NCBI GenBank assembly: GCA_964106645.2
Contig: OZ067053.1
DNA from: Podarcis pityusensis
Lineage: Eukaryota
Reading direction: 5' to 3' (one strand)
DNA: 64,000 nt
How positions within the stretch are numbered: the stretch's first letter is position 1; each line of letters begins with the position of its first letter. A program made the position numbers and the translations under genes. The notes below the pieces were generated by a model, which was not told the origin of the DNA, made no database searches, and worked only from the letters and a program-made list of their open reading frames with translations. This document shows, piece after piece, positions 38,909 through 51,525 of this stretch.

Positions 38909-39689
38909 CTGTAAAAAGGCAAGAAAAAAGAACAGCAACATTATTTGCAGTAGAGGGAGATGCCAGTGCTTCAGCGAACCTTGCCAAGCCTACTACAAGT
39001 TGTAGTGAGAGCTACCAGCTTCGACAGCCTGAAAGGATGATCAGACAAATTGTGGAGGGTAAGACTATCAATGGTGATTAGTCATGCATAATGCTGCTGA
39101 ACACAGTTGCCGGGGAACAGGAGCTTTTGCACTCACATCTTTCATGTGGGCTTCCCCTGGTTGGCCAATGAGGGATAAGAATTTTGGTCTAGATGGGCCA
39201 TTGGCTCAATCCAGCACGGCTGCTCTTGTGTTCTCAAGTTGCAAGCTTCTTAGTCACATTTGTTGTTTGCAACAAATGATTTCTTCACAACCTTTCCATG
39301 CCAGGAAATGAATTGGCTGGATCCACTGTACACAGCTTGCCCCATGGATTCTCCTGAGCCTCCATGGAGGCTCCCTCAAGGGATCCAGGGGCTCTTTACT
39401 GAAAGACCACAAGTCAGTAGTAAGAGCGCATGATTTATACACGGAAGCTGCAGAGTTCAGTTGCTGGTATCTCCAGCCACAGTCTAAAGAGAGCAACAAG
39501 GGGAAAGTCTTTGGAGAGCTGTTGCCAGGTCAGGGACTGTGTTACTGGGACTCCCAACTCTCCAGTAAGCATGGCCAATGGGAGTTCCAAGGACGAGGGG
39601 AAAGACATCTAGAAGGCCACATGTTTTCATCCCTGGAGCAGACAATACTGCGTTAAGCTGGTCAAATGGCCTCAGTATAAAACTGTTCA

Positions 39690-40390
39690 AGATGGTATCT
39701 AACACCAAGGAAGCTGGCAAAAATGTACAAGTCTAAATCAAATAAGTGTTGGAAATGTAAAGAGAAAGGAAGTTCTTTTTATCATATGTGGTGGTCTTGT
39801 AGTAAGGTTAAGGCTTACTGGGAAATGATATACAATGAAATGAAAAGGATGTTTAAAATAACATTTGTCAAAACAAAACAAAACAAAACAAAACAAAACA
39901 AAAGCCTTTCTCTTGGAAAATATAAGGATAGAACTACCTAAACTGTATAGAAACTTATTCAAGTATGTGACTACAGAGGCAAGAATGCTACTTGCCCCAA
40001 AATGGAAAGAAGAAGAAGTCCCAGCAAAGGAAGAATGGATACAAAAACTTATGGAATATGCAGAAATGGCGAAACTTACTGGGAGAATAAGAAATCAAGT
40101 TAACAAACTTTTTATAAAAGAATGGAAATGGTTTATTGAATATTTACAGATAAATTGTAAACAGATAAAAACACTGGCAGGATTATTGTAATAACCTGCA
40201 GTTACATAAGAGTATATATTAAAAGAAGATAAATAAATGAGTAAGTTAAGTTAATTTGGATATGCAGAAGATATTAAAAATAAATTCAAGCAACCACAGA
40301 AAGAGGGGGAAGGAAATCAAGTTTTAAAATGTTAAAATGATAGTAAAAGCAGTTAAATAAATAAGTAAATAAAGAGTATAAATAAAATAA
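39690..40390 (+). mobile_element. L1-type LINE ORF2 C-terminus and 3' UTR
   Basis: CWKCKEKGSSFYHMWWSC cysteine-rich motif; frame broken at an (AAAAC)n run; A-rich tail. Confidence 0.8.
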
Positions 40391-40415
40391 GAAAACACAC
40401 ACTAAAGATCCTTAC

Positions 40416-40476
40416 CCACTACACATCAGGCTGTCCTGGATAGTTTTTCCTCCTGCAGCCTCCACAGCGATATCAC
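40416..40476 (-). CDS. ULK1: ULK1 exon 14 equivalent
   Basis: 61 nt; DIAVEAAGGKTIQDSLMCSG. Confidence 0.9.
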
Positions 40477-42947
40477 CTAAGTTTTAAAAAGTTCTGAAAA
40501 GATTAATTTCAGGCCTATGCTGCAGTAATAACATGAAGAGCATGGGCATGCACAATTAATCCCCCCCCCCCCGGTCTGTGGACATGTGAGAACTGCACAT
40601 AAAGGAGAGGTCTTTGAAGGCCCTCAAATGTTAGAAGAGAGACTTTTTAGAAGAGAGACTGAAGCCACGGAGGTCTCTCTTGCTTCCTCTCTTTGGGAAC
40701 GACGGCTTCTTCTCAACACCACTAATGTGACCTTTCCCACAATTAGGCTAAAAAGAAAGGGTGGAGAACCTGTGGCTCTCCAGTTATAGCTGGACTCCAA
40801 CTCCCATCAGCCCTAAGCCAGCATGACAAATGGTGGGGGAAAAAGGGACCTGTAGTTTGGCAACACCTGGAGGCTGCAAGTAGAGATTCAGTACGGACAT
40901 TCATGCCTGTGACGACCCCATTATTCACACAGTGGGAGGCTGGCTAGACCTTAGCCATGCAATAACCAGGTCTTGTGTGACCTTCTGTACAAACTTGTAT
41001 GATAGGATGGGAGTGAAGACACTTTGCTCATATGCGAAGAGGCGTGATTGCGCAAATAACACAAAAGATGTCACTGGCCCAAGGCTTGTAATATCTGAAA
41101 AGTTGGACCTGCAGCAGGGGCAGAGGGCTCCTGCTCAAGGCACCAAACAAGCCCCTTTCTTGCATACTACAGCCAATCCCATTCCTTATGACTCTGAGCA
41201 TATTCAGCCCTCAGTGGGCTGCACAATCCCTCAATGACATTTTGAACTTCTCCAAGCCTACTGCCACCTCCCTGCTTTTGTGTGTGAAGGGTCTCATTTT
41301 GGCTAGATAAAAGACTGGCGTTCAGAGAATGAGCTTCCTATTGGGAGCCTGTAGGGTATTTTTCAAAGAAACAATTTCAGTTTTGCAAATCCTCGTTTTT
41401 TGGTTTTTTAAAAAAATACATGTGTGATTTCATTTCTGTTTGCAGAAGACAGGAGATTTTCCAGCACTCTGTGGCATCATGGTGTGCTTGTGTCACATCC
41501 CTTTGAAAATGTATCAAGGCTGAAACACACACATATGCACACCACAGCACCCTTTGCCTGGTGCCTGTAGCTCATCCCAGCGGATAAGTATTACTGAGGG
41601 TTCAAACATCAAAAACGGGACCAACTTGCAGTGCCTCTTTCCCCGGTAACACTGGTTTCAGGGGACCCTGGGCAAAGTGTTCTCTGGAAGGCCTCCAGCA
41701 TCTCTGGTCCCTCTTGGGAACTTATTGAATGGAGGAGAACTGTGGCACTTCAAGGAGGGACAGGGAATCATCAGTGTGGGCATGGGGGGCACCATTTTCA
41801 TTCCCCCAAACACCCCCAATACGGCATCACTCTGGGGCAATGAGAGGAATTTAAATAGAGGCCCACCACAAGGAAAAGGACTGGGGGGGGGGGGGCTGGA
41901 CAAGCATGAAGTGTGCTCCCTACTAGCTGGGTCCCCAGCACCTGCCTCCGAATAGTGGGTCCTGCCAGTGTGCCTTTTTCCAGTTCCTGGACATGTAATT
42001 GGATGGCAGGAGCTCCCAAACACGGACCTAAAACACTGGTTCCCAACAAGCCTGCCTGCTCAGCTATCTCCCCACCATGGCTTCTCGCTACAGAAAACCC
42101 CAAGCTGAAGAACAACCGATTTCAAATCTCAGCAGCTTTGTGAACCGGGAAGCTGTTCCCCTTCTCCTGTTCAAAGCATGCAACGCTATCTGGACATTAA
42201 TCTGCCCAAATAAATCTGTTTGCAAAGGGGAGAGTGGGGCTAACCATGCTAGTTTGCCCCTTTACTCTCTGCAGTTAGAGGGCAGCTGCCTGTCCCAGGC
42301 TGCCTGCTCTGCTTGGGTTACCCTCCCTGCACAACAATGGAAGGAAGGACCCATGGAGAGGGGCAGAGCTCTTGCACTCATCCCTGCTCCTTCCTGTCTC
42401 TCATGCGCTGCTGTAGCATGGAAGAGGAGTACCTAAATATAACGATATATTACTCGCCCTTCACCTCCCAAGGTCCCAGTGCAAGTCACAGCAATTTGAA
42501 ATACAACATTAAAAACAGCTTAAGAACAAATTGCAACCGCGAAAATAGGACGGGTCCTAAAAACATACACCGGGGTAAAGCTCATATGAGAAAAACTGCA
42601 CAGATGCCCCTCTGTAGGGCAGGAATGCCCTAGCTTTGTGGCTGCCACAGAGAATGCCCTCTCCTGGGCTGCTGCCACCCTGAGCTTCTGATAGCGGTGG
42701 AACTACTCAAAAGGCTGCCATTGCTGATCTCAACAGCAGAGAGCGGTTTTCTAGATATTTGGGGCCCAAGTCTCTTAGGGCTTTAAACACTAAGGTGAGC
42801 ACATTGATTTCGGCCAAGATGCAAACTGGCAACCAGCAGGGCTCGTGAGATTATGGTTGCTGTCTCCTGCCATTGAGGCATGCCCACAACCTCTTCCGCC
42901 ACACCATCAGCCAAGCCTCTGCTTCGAAAAGAAACCAGACTGCTTAC

Positions 42948-43101
42948 TTGCAAACTGGGCTGGCACCATGACGAAGTCGTCGGTGTCACAGGAGGAGTTC
43001 TTGCTGCTGCCGCCAGCCGACTCCTTCGACCCATGAAGGAAGCCGGGCTGGGTAGGAGAGGCTAAAACCTTCTCAGGGAGATGTGCCATTTCTCCAAGGG
43101 A
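42948..43101 (-). CDS. ULK1: ULK1 exon 13 equivalent (contains the LIR)
   Basis: 154 nt; SLGEM...SSCDTDDFVMVPAQF (LIR core FVMV). Confidence 0.96.
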
Positions 43102-43607
43102 CTGTTCGAGGGAAGGGGAAGGAGAAACAGGAGTGAAAACGCAAACCTCGGAAGCAACTCATTCTGCAGGCTCTTCCGCACCAAAAAGCACTCCCAGAAA
43201 AGGAGTTTCTGCCAGCACATGGTGTCTATGGAACAGCTGCTTCTTTCAAGGCAGTTCTCCAAAGGCCCCAAGACAAAACTATGCCATTTCAGTGGCCCCA
43301 GAACCATCAAGTGATGCAGTCGGCAGGGAATTGGAACGGTTCTTTGACACAGAAAGTCCCCCAGTATGTGGTGGCTGTTATCCCATTGTTAGCTTACAGA
43401 AGTCCCGCTTATGGGGCTAGCGATGTTGTGACAATACAAAAATTGCCACCAAATTTGCTTTTAGTCTCTGCTTTCTTACGATATTTAGAGGGTTGAAGGA
43501 ACAAACCTTCAAATTTGCAGGTGGAAATGAGAGCCATATTCTGAGTTGGGGTCACTCATTGTTCCTTTATTCCCTACACACTAAGCCCCTTTGGGTGGAG
43601 GGTGCCA

Positions 43608-44040
43608 TGAAACCAATGGTGCAACCGCAATTAGAATATAGCGCACATGGTTCTGCTCACTGTATCTCAAGCAAAGGATACTGTAGAGCTGGAAAAGCTA
43701 CAGAAGAGCTGCAATAACTCCCTTAGGAGGAGTTTTTGGGTTTGTTTTTGAAGTGAGCAAGGGAGGACATGATAGAGGTTTAGAAACTGATGCACGATAC
43801 AGAGAAAATGGATTAAGCGAACTAGTTTTTCCTCTCTCCAGAACCCAGGTTCACCCAATGAAACCGAATAGAGCAAGATTCAGGGCAGACCAAAGAGATA
43901 GAGAGGACGGGCTCTTCCTCCTCCCCCCCCCCCCAGCGCACAGTTATATTGTGGAATCTACTTCCATAAGATGTGATAAAGTCCACGAACTAAGGTGGCT
44001 TTAAAAGGGGATTAGACACATTCACAGAGGATAAGGCTAC
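43608..44040 (+). mobile_element. CR1-type LINE 3' fragment, decayed
   Basis: GGACATGATAGAGGT...CACCCAATGAAA...GGCTTTAAAAGGGGATTAGAC, typical of CR1 3' ends. Confidence 0.6.
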
Positions 44041-44408
44041 CCACATGCTGCCTCCAGGATCCAGAGGCAGCCTGCATCTGAATACAGACTGCTGGGGGTG
44101 CCAAGTGGGCAGAGAGCTGCTGAGCTCATACCCTGTTTGTGGGCTTTCGAGAGGCATCTGGGCTGGTCATTGTGAGGAAGCAGGATGCTAGACTAGACAA
44201 GCCTTCGATCTGAGTGCTTCTTACGTGGGCTGACTTGGGATCTGCCACACACAGCTTAAGATGGTTCTCTCCCTTGAAAATGCCACCCTGCATGGTGGAC
44301 TGGCGGTGTGGTGGGGAAGACGTCGTCAGCAGCCACCAGAACGACCCAGTGGCAAACAAGAGGGAGGAGGAAAACCAACAGCGCTTAAGAGGCGTGCATT
44401 GTACTTAC

Positions 44409-44497
44409 GGGAGGAGATGCGAGATGGGACGTGGAAGAGCTGCTGGATGAACTCCCAGACCCAGAGCTCGGATAAGAAGGCATTGGCACAGAAGCAG
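44409..44497 (-). CDS. ULK1: ULK1 exon 12 equivalent
   Basis: 89 nt; ASVPMPSYPSSGSGSSSSSSSTSHLASPP. Confidence 0.95.
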
Positions 44498-47400
44498 CTG
44501 AAGAAAGAGGGCAGGGGGAGGGGAGAGAAGAAAGAAAGGTCATGCTTTCTAGGTTGTCAACAGCGGGATTAGAACAGCTTTCTTGGCTTCCTCACGCTAA
44601 CGGATTTACCTCAGGTGCCAGGCGACGTCACTGAACTGAGGCAGGGAAGGGGGGAGGGAGAAACAAGTTGGCATTCAGTGCAACTGAATGTGGCAGGTGC
44701 TCTTTCGCTTGCCCCCCGTCTGTGAAACTGTCGTTTATTTCACCCTGCAGCAGATTCTGAAGTCTGAGGCGCCATTTTCTGACTTCTAAATGTCTTTGGT
44801 CTCTGTCAGGGGTAGTCAATGCAGACGGTGGACTCCCAGCTCCCATCAGCCCCAGCTAGCATGGCCAATGGTCGGAGCGGGGGGGAGTGCAGTCCAACAA
44901 TGTTTGAAGGGCACAAGATTGGCCCAACCTGCTGTCTGCCTGCTAGAACGCAAACAACTTTTTTTGTTGGAGCACTGCAACAGTGGCATGACTCAGGTCT
45001 ACTATATTTCTTTAAAAAGTCCTTTCTCCGTCCTCACGCACAGATTCTTGCGGTGTTGTTGCTTTAAGTATTTTTTTAGGATGTGGTTGGCTGTTTTGAA
45101 TGGGAAGCCGCTCTGAAAGTCCTCAGAGCCAAAGCGAAGGGTCCGAAATAATGCAGACAGTGGTCAAGTACACTTGACAGAGCCTTCCCTAAATGCCCTT
45201 TGGAATTCCTTACCCAGATAATCTGGAGTCCTCCAGATCTTGTTCGGACTCAAACCCCCTTTGCTCCCAACCACTGGGAGCTGGAGTCCAGCAATATCTA
45301 GAGGGTGACAACTTATTCTAATTTATCGATCACCTTACACACATGCCTCAAGGCAATGTACCGAATGCAGCAGAACCAGCTGAAAACAGTTAAACACCAC
45401 CAAAAAATAAACAAACAGCAGCAGATAAATTTCTGAACAACACCAAATATACCCATGGCAGAAACCTAGTCATACAGTTGGGAAAGCTGTTGGAACAAAA
45501 TACGTCTTCGCTAGCTTCCAGAAAGGGCAGATAATGGGCATCTGTTGTATCTCAGCAGGAATGCTGTTCCACAGAACAAGGGCAGCAACACTAAAAGCAC
45601 TTCTTCAAGTTACTGCAGAGTGAGCTTCCAATTTCTTTGGAAGTTGCAGGAGAAGCTCTTCCATAAACTGCAGTGGTGGATAAGCTGGTCTCTTAAGAAA
45701 TCTGATCCTGAGCTGTTTAGAGTCTTAGTACCAAAATGTTTGAACTTGGCCCAGTAGAGGACGGGCAAACAGTCCAAATCCTGCAGCCTTTGAGGTGCTG
45801 CATCCTGGTGGCAGCTTGCCTTCACAAGCAACCTGGCTATGGTGTCCTGCCCCACCTGCTCCCTCTGGGTCAGCCCCAAGGTAGCTCCACATGGAGAGCA
45901 TTGCAGGTATCCACCCATGAAGTTACCAGCGCATGGAGAACTGTGGTGAAGTTCTCCATCCCTGCCCTAGAGCTATCGGTATGGCTTCCTCCAATGACAT
46001 TCCAAGCAAAAGAGGGTGGGGAAAAGATAGACAGATATTGTTTGGCAGGCTCCCTACCACTATCAGACATTTCAGAGGTATCTCAAGCACTGTGTCTGGT
46101 TCTTCACACAATTTGAAGAATTTATTATCTGCCGGTCTCTTTCTGTGTTTTGTTTTGTGTTGGGTTGTGTTTTGTAGGCATTCAATGATGGCTTGTTTGT
46201 TTGTTTTTAAAATCATTTCTGAGCTGCCTTGAGTACCTCACATTGATGCAGAAAAACAGAACTGGAATACTTTCAACTAAATAAATAAAGCGCAAGAGAA
46301 AATATAAAGAAAACTGAGCCCTGGAGCACAGTGAAATTGATTGATTCTGAATTTTCACATCATGTGTGAAAAACGTTTTAAAACATCGCTATTTGTTTTG
46401 AAGGGTGGAAGGCTATAATTAATTTTGAAGGGTGTGAAGCTGTAATTAATTAACACACCCCAGCTGCAGCTGTTTTCTCTCTCTCTGTACAACAGCAACA
46501 GGAAAATTACTGTCCAGCTATAGCTTCTATTACTCCAAAAGAATGAGATGATGTACTTTTCTCCAGCTGATAACTAGAAGGCTAAGATGATGGTGGTTGC
46601 ACACAGAAGAAAAATGTTCTCAGTAAAGTCAAAACATATTTAATTAATGAAAACATCCCTGGGGACTACCATAAAATGACATCATATTGCTGATGTTTTA
46701 ACAGCCAGGTGTTCACTTGCCCTGTGAAACCATGTTTTGACTGCCTACGCTTAGCATATTTTGGCAGACATGCACCATTCTGAGCTAAGGCACTGGTTGG
46801 ATTGGTGTGAGGAAACCAATGGGATAACCAATAATAAAAAGAGGGAGGGAATTATTTGTACACTGCAAGGGAAGGAGAAAACAAAGCAGGATTTTTGTCT
46901 ATGCAAGCCTGGATGATATATGCTCAGAAATGGAAAGAGCGATTAATCAGGATATGCAGTAGCAATGGGTAACTAAAATGAACCATGGAAGGAGGGTGGG
47001 GAAGGGAAGTCAATGACTATCGTATGGTTATCTTTTGGCTTGAATGTGAAAATTTGAAATGAAAATTATTTTTTAAAAAATTAAAAGAAGAGAACAGGGG
47101 AGGGGGCCAGAGCTTAGAGGTAGAGCTCATGCTTTGCATGCCAAACACCTGAGCTCCAGTCCCCGAAATCGCTAGTTAAAACAATATGAGGTACTGGGTG
47201 ATGAGAACAGCCTCCTCTGGAGGTTCTACAAAGTCACTGCTGGACCAAACAGACAGTCTTAAGACTAGATGGCCAAAATAGTTAATAGGGTAAGTTCCTT
47301 CCTATGTGGTGGCAAGAACTTCTGCTTTCAGTGACACTCATGTGTGGTGGTGGGGAACCAAGTGTTTGAAGATTTCATACTTGCATGATTGCATACGGAG

Positions 47401-48529
47401 CGCTTGCCTCATCGCGTGTGCATGATGAAGCAATGGAGGCCCAGCACTCCGCTACACAAACTGCAGCACAGACAGTGCATGACAAACCACGTCTATACAA
47501 AAATCATCTTGCTATTCCCACCCAAATCTTAAGGGGAATTCAGCATAGACTTGCTGGTATCTCAGCCAGGACTCACAAATCCACACAGCATTGACGAATG
47601 GCTCATTACGACTGCCAAACTATTTACACTGCAGGTACATATGGATATAGATGGGGCACCATCCAGGGAACTGCTTTTGTATAAATGAGCAGGGTTACAT
47701 ATTCCTCTGGGCAGGGGCCATTCACAAGCACAACTGCAGGAGCTCACACAGACTCGACCTCTGCCAGGGTTCCCTAGGACTGGAGGATTCATGTTGCATA
47801 TGACTCTGCACCACTGCAGATGATCGCAAAGGAAAATCCTCTGCCAGGCTGAGGAAAGTAGTCCAGGGCGTTCAGTGCCAAGCAAGAGGTAGAAAGTAGG
47901 ACTCAGCAAAAGCGAGAGTCTGGGCAGAACAGGAATGAGTCTGGTGAATCAAAGGAAGTAGAATGTGGAGAGAGGCTGGAACAGGAGATGAACAAGATTA
48001 TTATTTTTGCCCCCAAGCAGGTGTGGGGAGAGAGGGGCAAAGGGATCGGTGGAGCAATGAGACAGAGGGGATAGCTGGTGTCTCCTGCCTTGATTCCTTA
48101 GAGCACTTTAAAAGGTCTCTAGGTGAAGATCTGGCATCCTTTAAAAGAAACTAGCTCCACCAACCTGATTATTTCACCTTGAGCCTGGAGAGACAGTGAT
48201 ATTAAACTTGAATTAGGTGTCTCCACCCACACATCTTCAGATTACCTATATAATTCCTCTCCTCATAAAAGGAGGCCTGCTGAGTCTCCAAGTCCTTGCT
48301 TAATTGAGAAAGATTAGGTCTCAGCTCTCTCCACCACAGTCTGTTCTAAAAATGTAGCACAGCTCACTTGGGGGAGAAATCTTCCTTAGATGAACAACAC
48401 CAATGCTGAATTGTTGAGCTGCGGTGGTTCTTGCCTAGTGAAGGGCTCTGCATTAAGCAACAATTACATTGGTGAATTTATAAAGTGATAGTGGGGTGGG
48501 ATTTGTGGGGGACGCACACACACAGAGGT

Positions 48530-48777
48530 ATTTTAAAGGGGTTCTAATCAGTTCCAAGGTCCATTCTTAACCTGAATCTGTTCTTAACCTGAAGCACCAC
48601 TTTAGCTAATGGGGCCTCCCACTGCCGCCGCACAGCCAGAGCACGATTTCTGTTCTCATCCTGAAGCAAAGTTCTTAACCCGAGGTACTATTTCTGGGTT
48701 AGCAGAGTCTGTAACCTGAAGTGTCTGTAATCTGAAGCATCTGTAACCTGAAGCGTATGTAACCCGAGGTACCACTG
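48530..48777. mobile_element. Tc1/mariner (Tigger-like) MITE, one end
   Basis: Ends AACCCGAGGTACCACTG-TA with repeated TAACCTGAAG subterminal motifs; the left boundary is approximate. Confidence 0.6.
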
Positions 48778-49451
48778 TATTTGATTTAAGAACTTTTAAA
48801 TCCACTAACACAGTGCTAAATATTATATCAGCAGTGCAGGTTGTTTTGTTTTTTAATATAAAGGAGTTTATTTAAAAACAACTGCAAGTGGAAAGAACTA
48901 TCTTAAAAGAGGCAGTCTCGCTACTTATAGAAGGCATCATCACAGAAGAGGCATTATTTACACATGGTAGGGAACACTTCTAGCAACAATGGCGGGGAAC
49001 CTGACTTCCTCTATAGGTTGTGGGACTCCAACTCCCATCAGCCTCAGCCAGCATAGTCAATGATCAAGGATGGTGGGAGTTGTAGTCCAGCATCATAAAA
49101 AGGGCTGTAGCATCCCCGACCCTTGCTGTAGGATGATGCCTGCTACAATACATCTGAACACAAAGGAAACATGCCAAGAGCTTTAGAAACTGTTTTTGCC
49201 CAATAGATTAACTGATAAAACTGAATTAAAACTGTCATGATTTAGCAACTGGCACTTCTTTAACTGAGCTGCAGCTCTAGCCTTACCACTGCCGGTACCA
49301 CCAATATGACCCCACACAGGTTATTGTTGCCATGCAATATCATTAGTTATCATTAAATGGGGGGGGGGGGGGAGAAAATCCACTAAGCAACTTTTATGGC
49401 AAAACACAAACACTTCTGCCCAAGTTATACAGTTTCGTTTTTAGAAAAATA

Positions 49452-49457
49452 TTTATT
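49452..49457 (-). terminator. ULK1: Candidate intronic poly(A) signal for the alternative last exon
   Basis: AATAAA on the minus strand with an upstream AU-rich tract and downstream GTGTTTGTGTTTTG. Confidence 0.5.
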
Positions 49458-50648
49458 TTTCATAATTCAGAAATACAGATGTCTCACTTTACAGATATAT
49501 ATAAATAGAAAAAAATAGGAACAAAGCATATAAATAGGCTATAAATAAATAAAACTGGAACGAACATATAGAAAACAAGTTTCCAGTTAACAGAATGAAG
49601 GCATCCAAAAGGACTCGGTGGTGCTGAGAAAAGATAAAGAACTTGCACCATGCCCAGTTTCATTATTGGGCAGGCCAAGGAAGATTTAAAAAATAATAAT
49701 CAAGGAAAGAGAGAATTGTATGAGGCAGAAACTACTGACCATATCTTGGTGGAAGGTACCATGATCAACACAATACATTCTCTGTTGCCAAGCTCATTGG
49801 TTTCACCCAGCTCCATTGCATCTATCCTGACAAATATCTCTCCAAGGTCTCACAGAGATATTTTCCTGTCCTGACACCCTTCTGACTAGAGGGCTGTCTG
49901 CACTGTGCACTAACTGAGTTATGGTGTCTTCCAATAACACCACCAGGAGACCAGGCAAATAGCCACAGATAAAGCAAGTGCTCAGGGAATCGTATGAATA
50001 AGACTCTTAAAAGAAGCACAAGCAAGCTGCTCCTGTCATTTATCCATCACAGCACAGGTAACAAGAAATCAGAGGATGAAGAAGCCACCTCTTTCCTCAA
50101 AATGGTTCCCCTAAACACTGAGATCTCTAGGCACCTTCAGCTTTCTGGCTCTTCTCTCGAGAGTCCTGATTAATGCACACACACAAGCAGCAACCTGGCA
50201 GCCACTCACCACACAAGAGTCACTCGCCACATGGATCTGGAGCCTTTCAAACGTAACACCACAAATCTTTGGAGGGCCTGCCCAGGTGTGGTGATGAGGG
50301 AATGGGGGAATGGGGGTTACATCCAACTAACTTTTAGAGTGGACCCACTGAAATTAATGGACCTTAAGTTAGTCATGTCTACCCTAAGCATGAATAACCT
50401 GGACACAACTGCTGGTGTCACATGATCAGCTGCCTTCTGGTATTCGACTGACTACCATATTATTATTCTTTATGAACTGGGCCTGAGGCCCCTACAGACA
50501 AGTATTAGGACTGAAGTACATGATTACAAGCCTCCGGACAAAAGCCCTCTCGTATAGCAAGCACCAAAAGATGAAAAACTTGAGCTTCTCTTCTCAGTTT
50601 GGTTGTTTTCTGGCTGAAGGCTGTGACGTGATGAGCTTTCTTCCCGAT

Positions 50649-51223
50649 TCACACCCAGATGTAGCTGTGCCGTGACCTGGGGCGTGCAAGCGCCTGTTGG
50701 CATGGGCGTCTCATGGGACCAGTGTCCCAAGGCAGTGGGCTGGACGATGCAGGAGACAGTGGCCGGAAGATGGGAGCTCTTCTCTGCCTCTCTTGGCTTG
50801 GCCGTTTTGGCGGGGTCACCCCACGCAGCGGTTGTGAGGAGGCTGGCAGTGAAGGAAACGGAGGCCAAGTCAAGAAAATCCTTTCTTGCTTCTGCGGGAA
50901 TCCCCGCGGGCTGCAGCTCGGCTTCCATAATGCCGGAGCCGATGGCGGTACTGTTCGCGGTGGCTGCCAGGCTGCCTGGGGCGCAGAAGATCCTTCCTGG
51001 TTGGCAAGGGGCTCAGATTTCGTAGAAATGTTTCTCCACTGGGGCACCGTGGTGGGAGCAGGGAAGTCTGCAGGTCTGTAAGTGCCCTTGAGTCGGGAAA
51101 ACGCTTTCCGGTTTCGAGGGTGGCCTTCCCCCCAGGGTGACACTGCGGTTGTAGGTAAGGACCGGGAGGGCTTGGAAGCGCCCCTAAACCAGGATAATAT
51201 TTTTCTGCCCGTGGGAGTGACAC
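50649..51223 (-). CDS. ULK1: Putative alternative terminal coding exon of ULK1 (191-aa tail ending SYIWV)
   Basis: Acceptor ccctcccttaactatacttag|G at 51224-51225; phase-1 entry from exon 11 is stop-free for 191 codons; CpG-rich relative to the surrounding intron. Confidence 0.55.
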
Positions 51224-51466
51224 CTAAGTATAGTTAAGGGAGGGGGGGATTGTATTATTTAAAATTACGATCAGGGAATGAAATCATAACTCTCCTGCTT
51301 CGAAGCAATGGTGACCCAAGGCTTAGGTTTCCCTACAGGCGTCCAATGTTAGGACACCTTGTGGCAGGCTTACGACAGGTTTAAAGCAGAATGTAGAAGT
51401 CCCCAGTGTCTCCCATTGTTTGCTGACTGGCTGACTTGATAAGAGAATTGATCCATCATAATTGCA

Positions 51467-51525
<59 letters not shown>

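Noticed and set aside
50870-51223. 117-aa ORF starting at the same acceptor (phase 0)
   Set aside because: Exon 11 ends in phase 1, so this frame would not be used; the 50524-50928 frame is excluded for the same reason.
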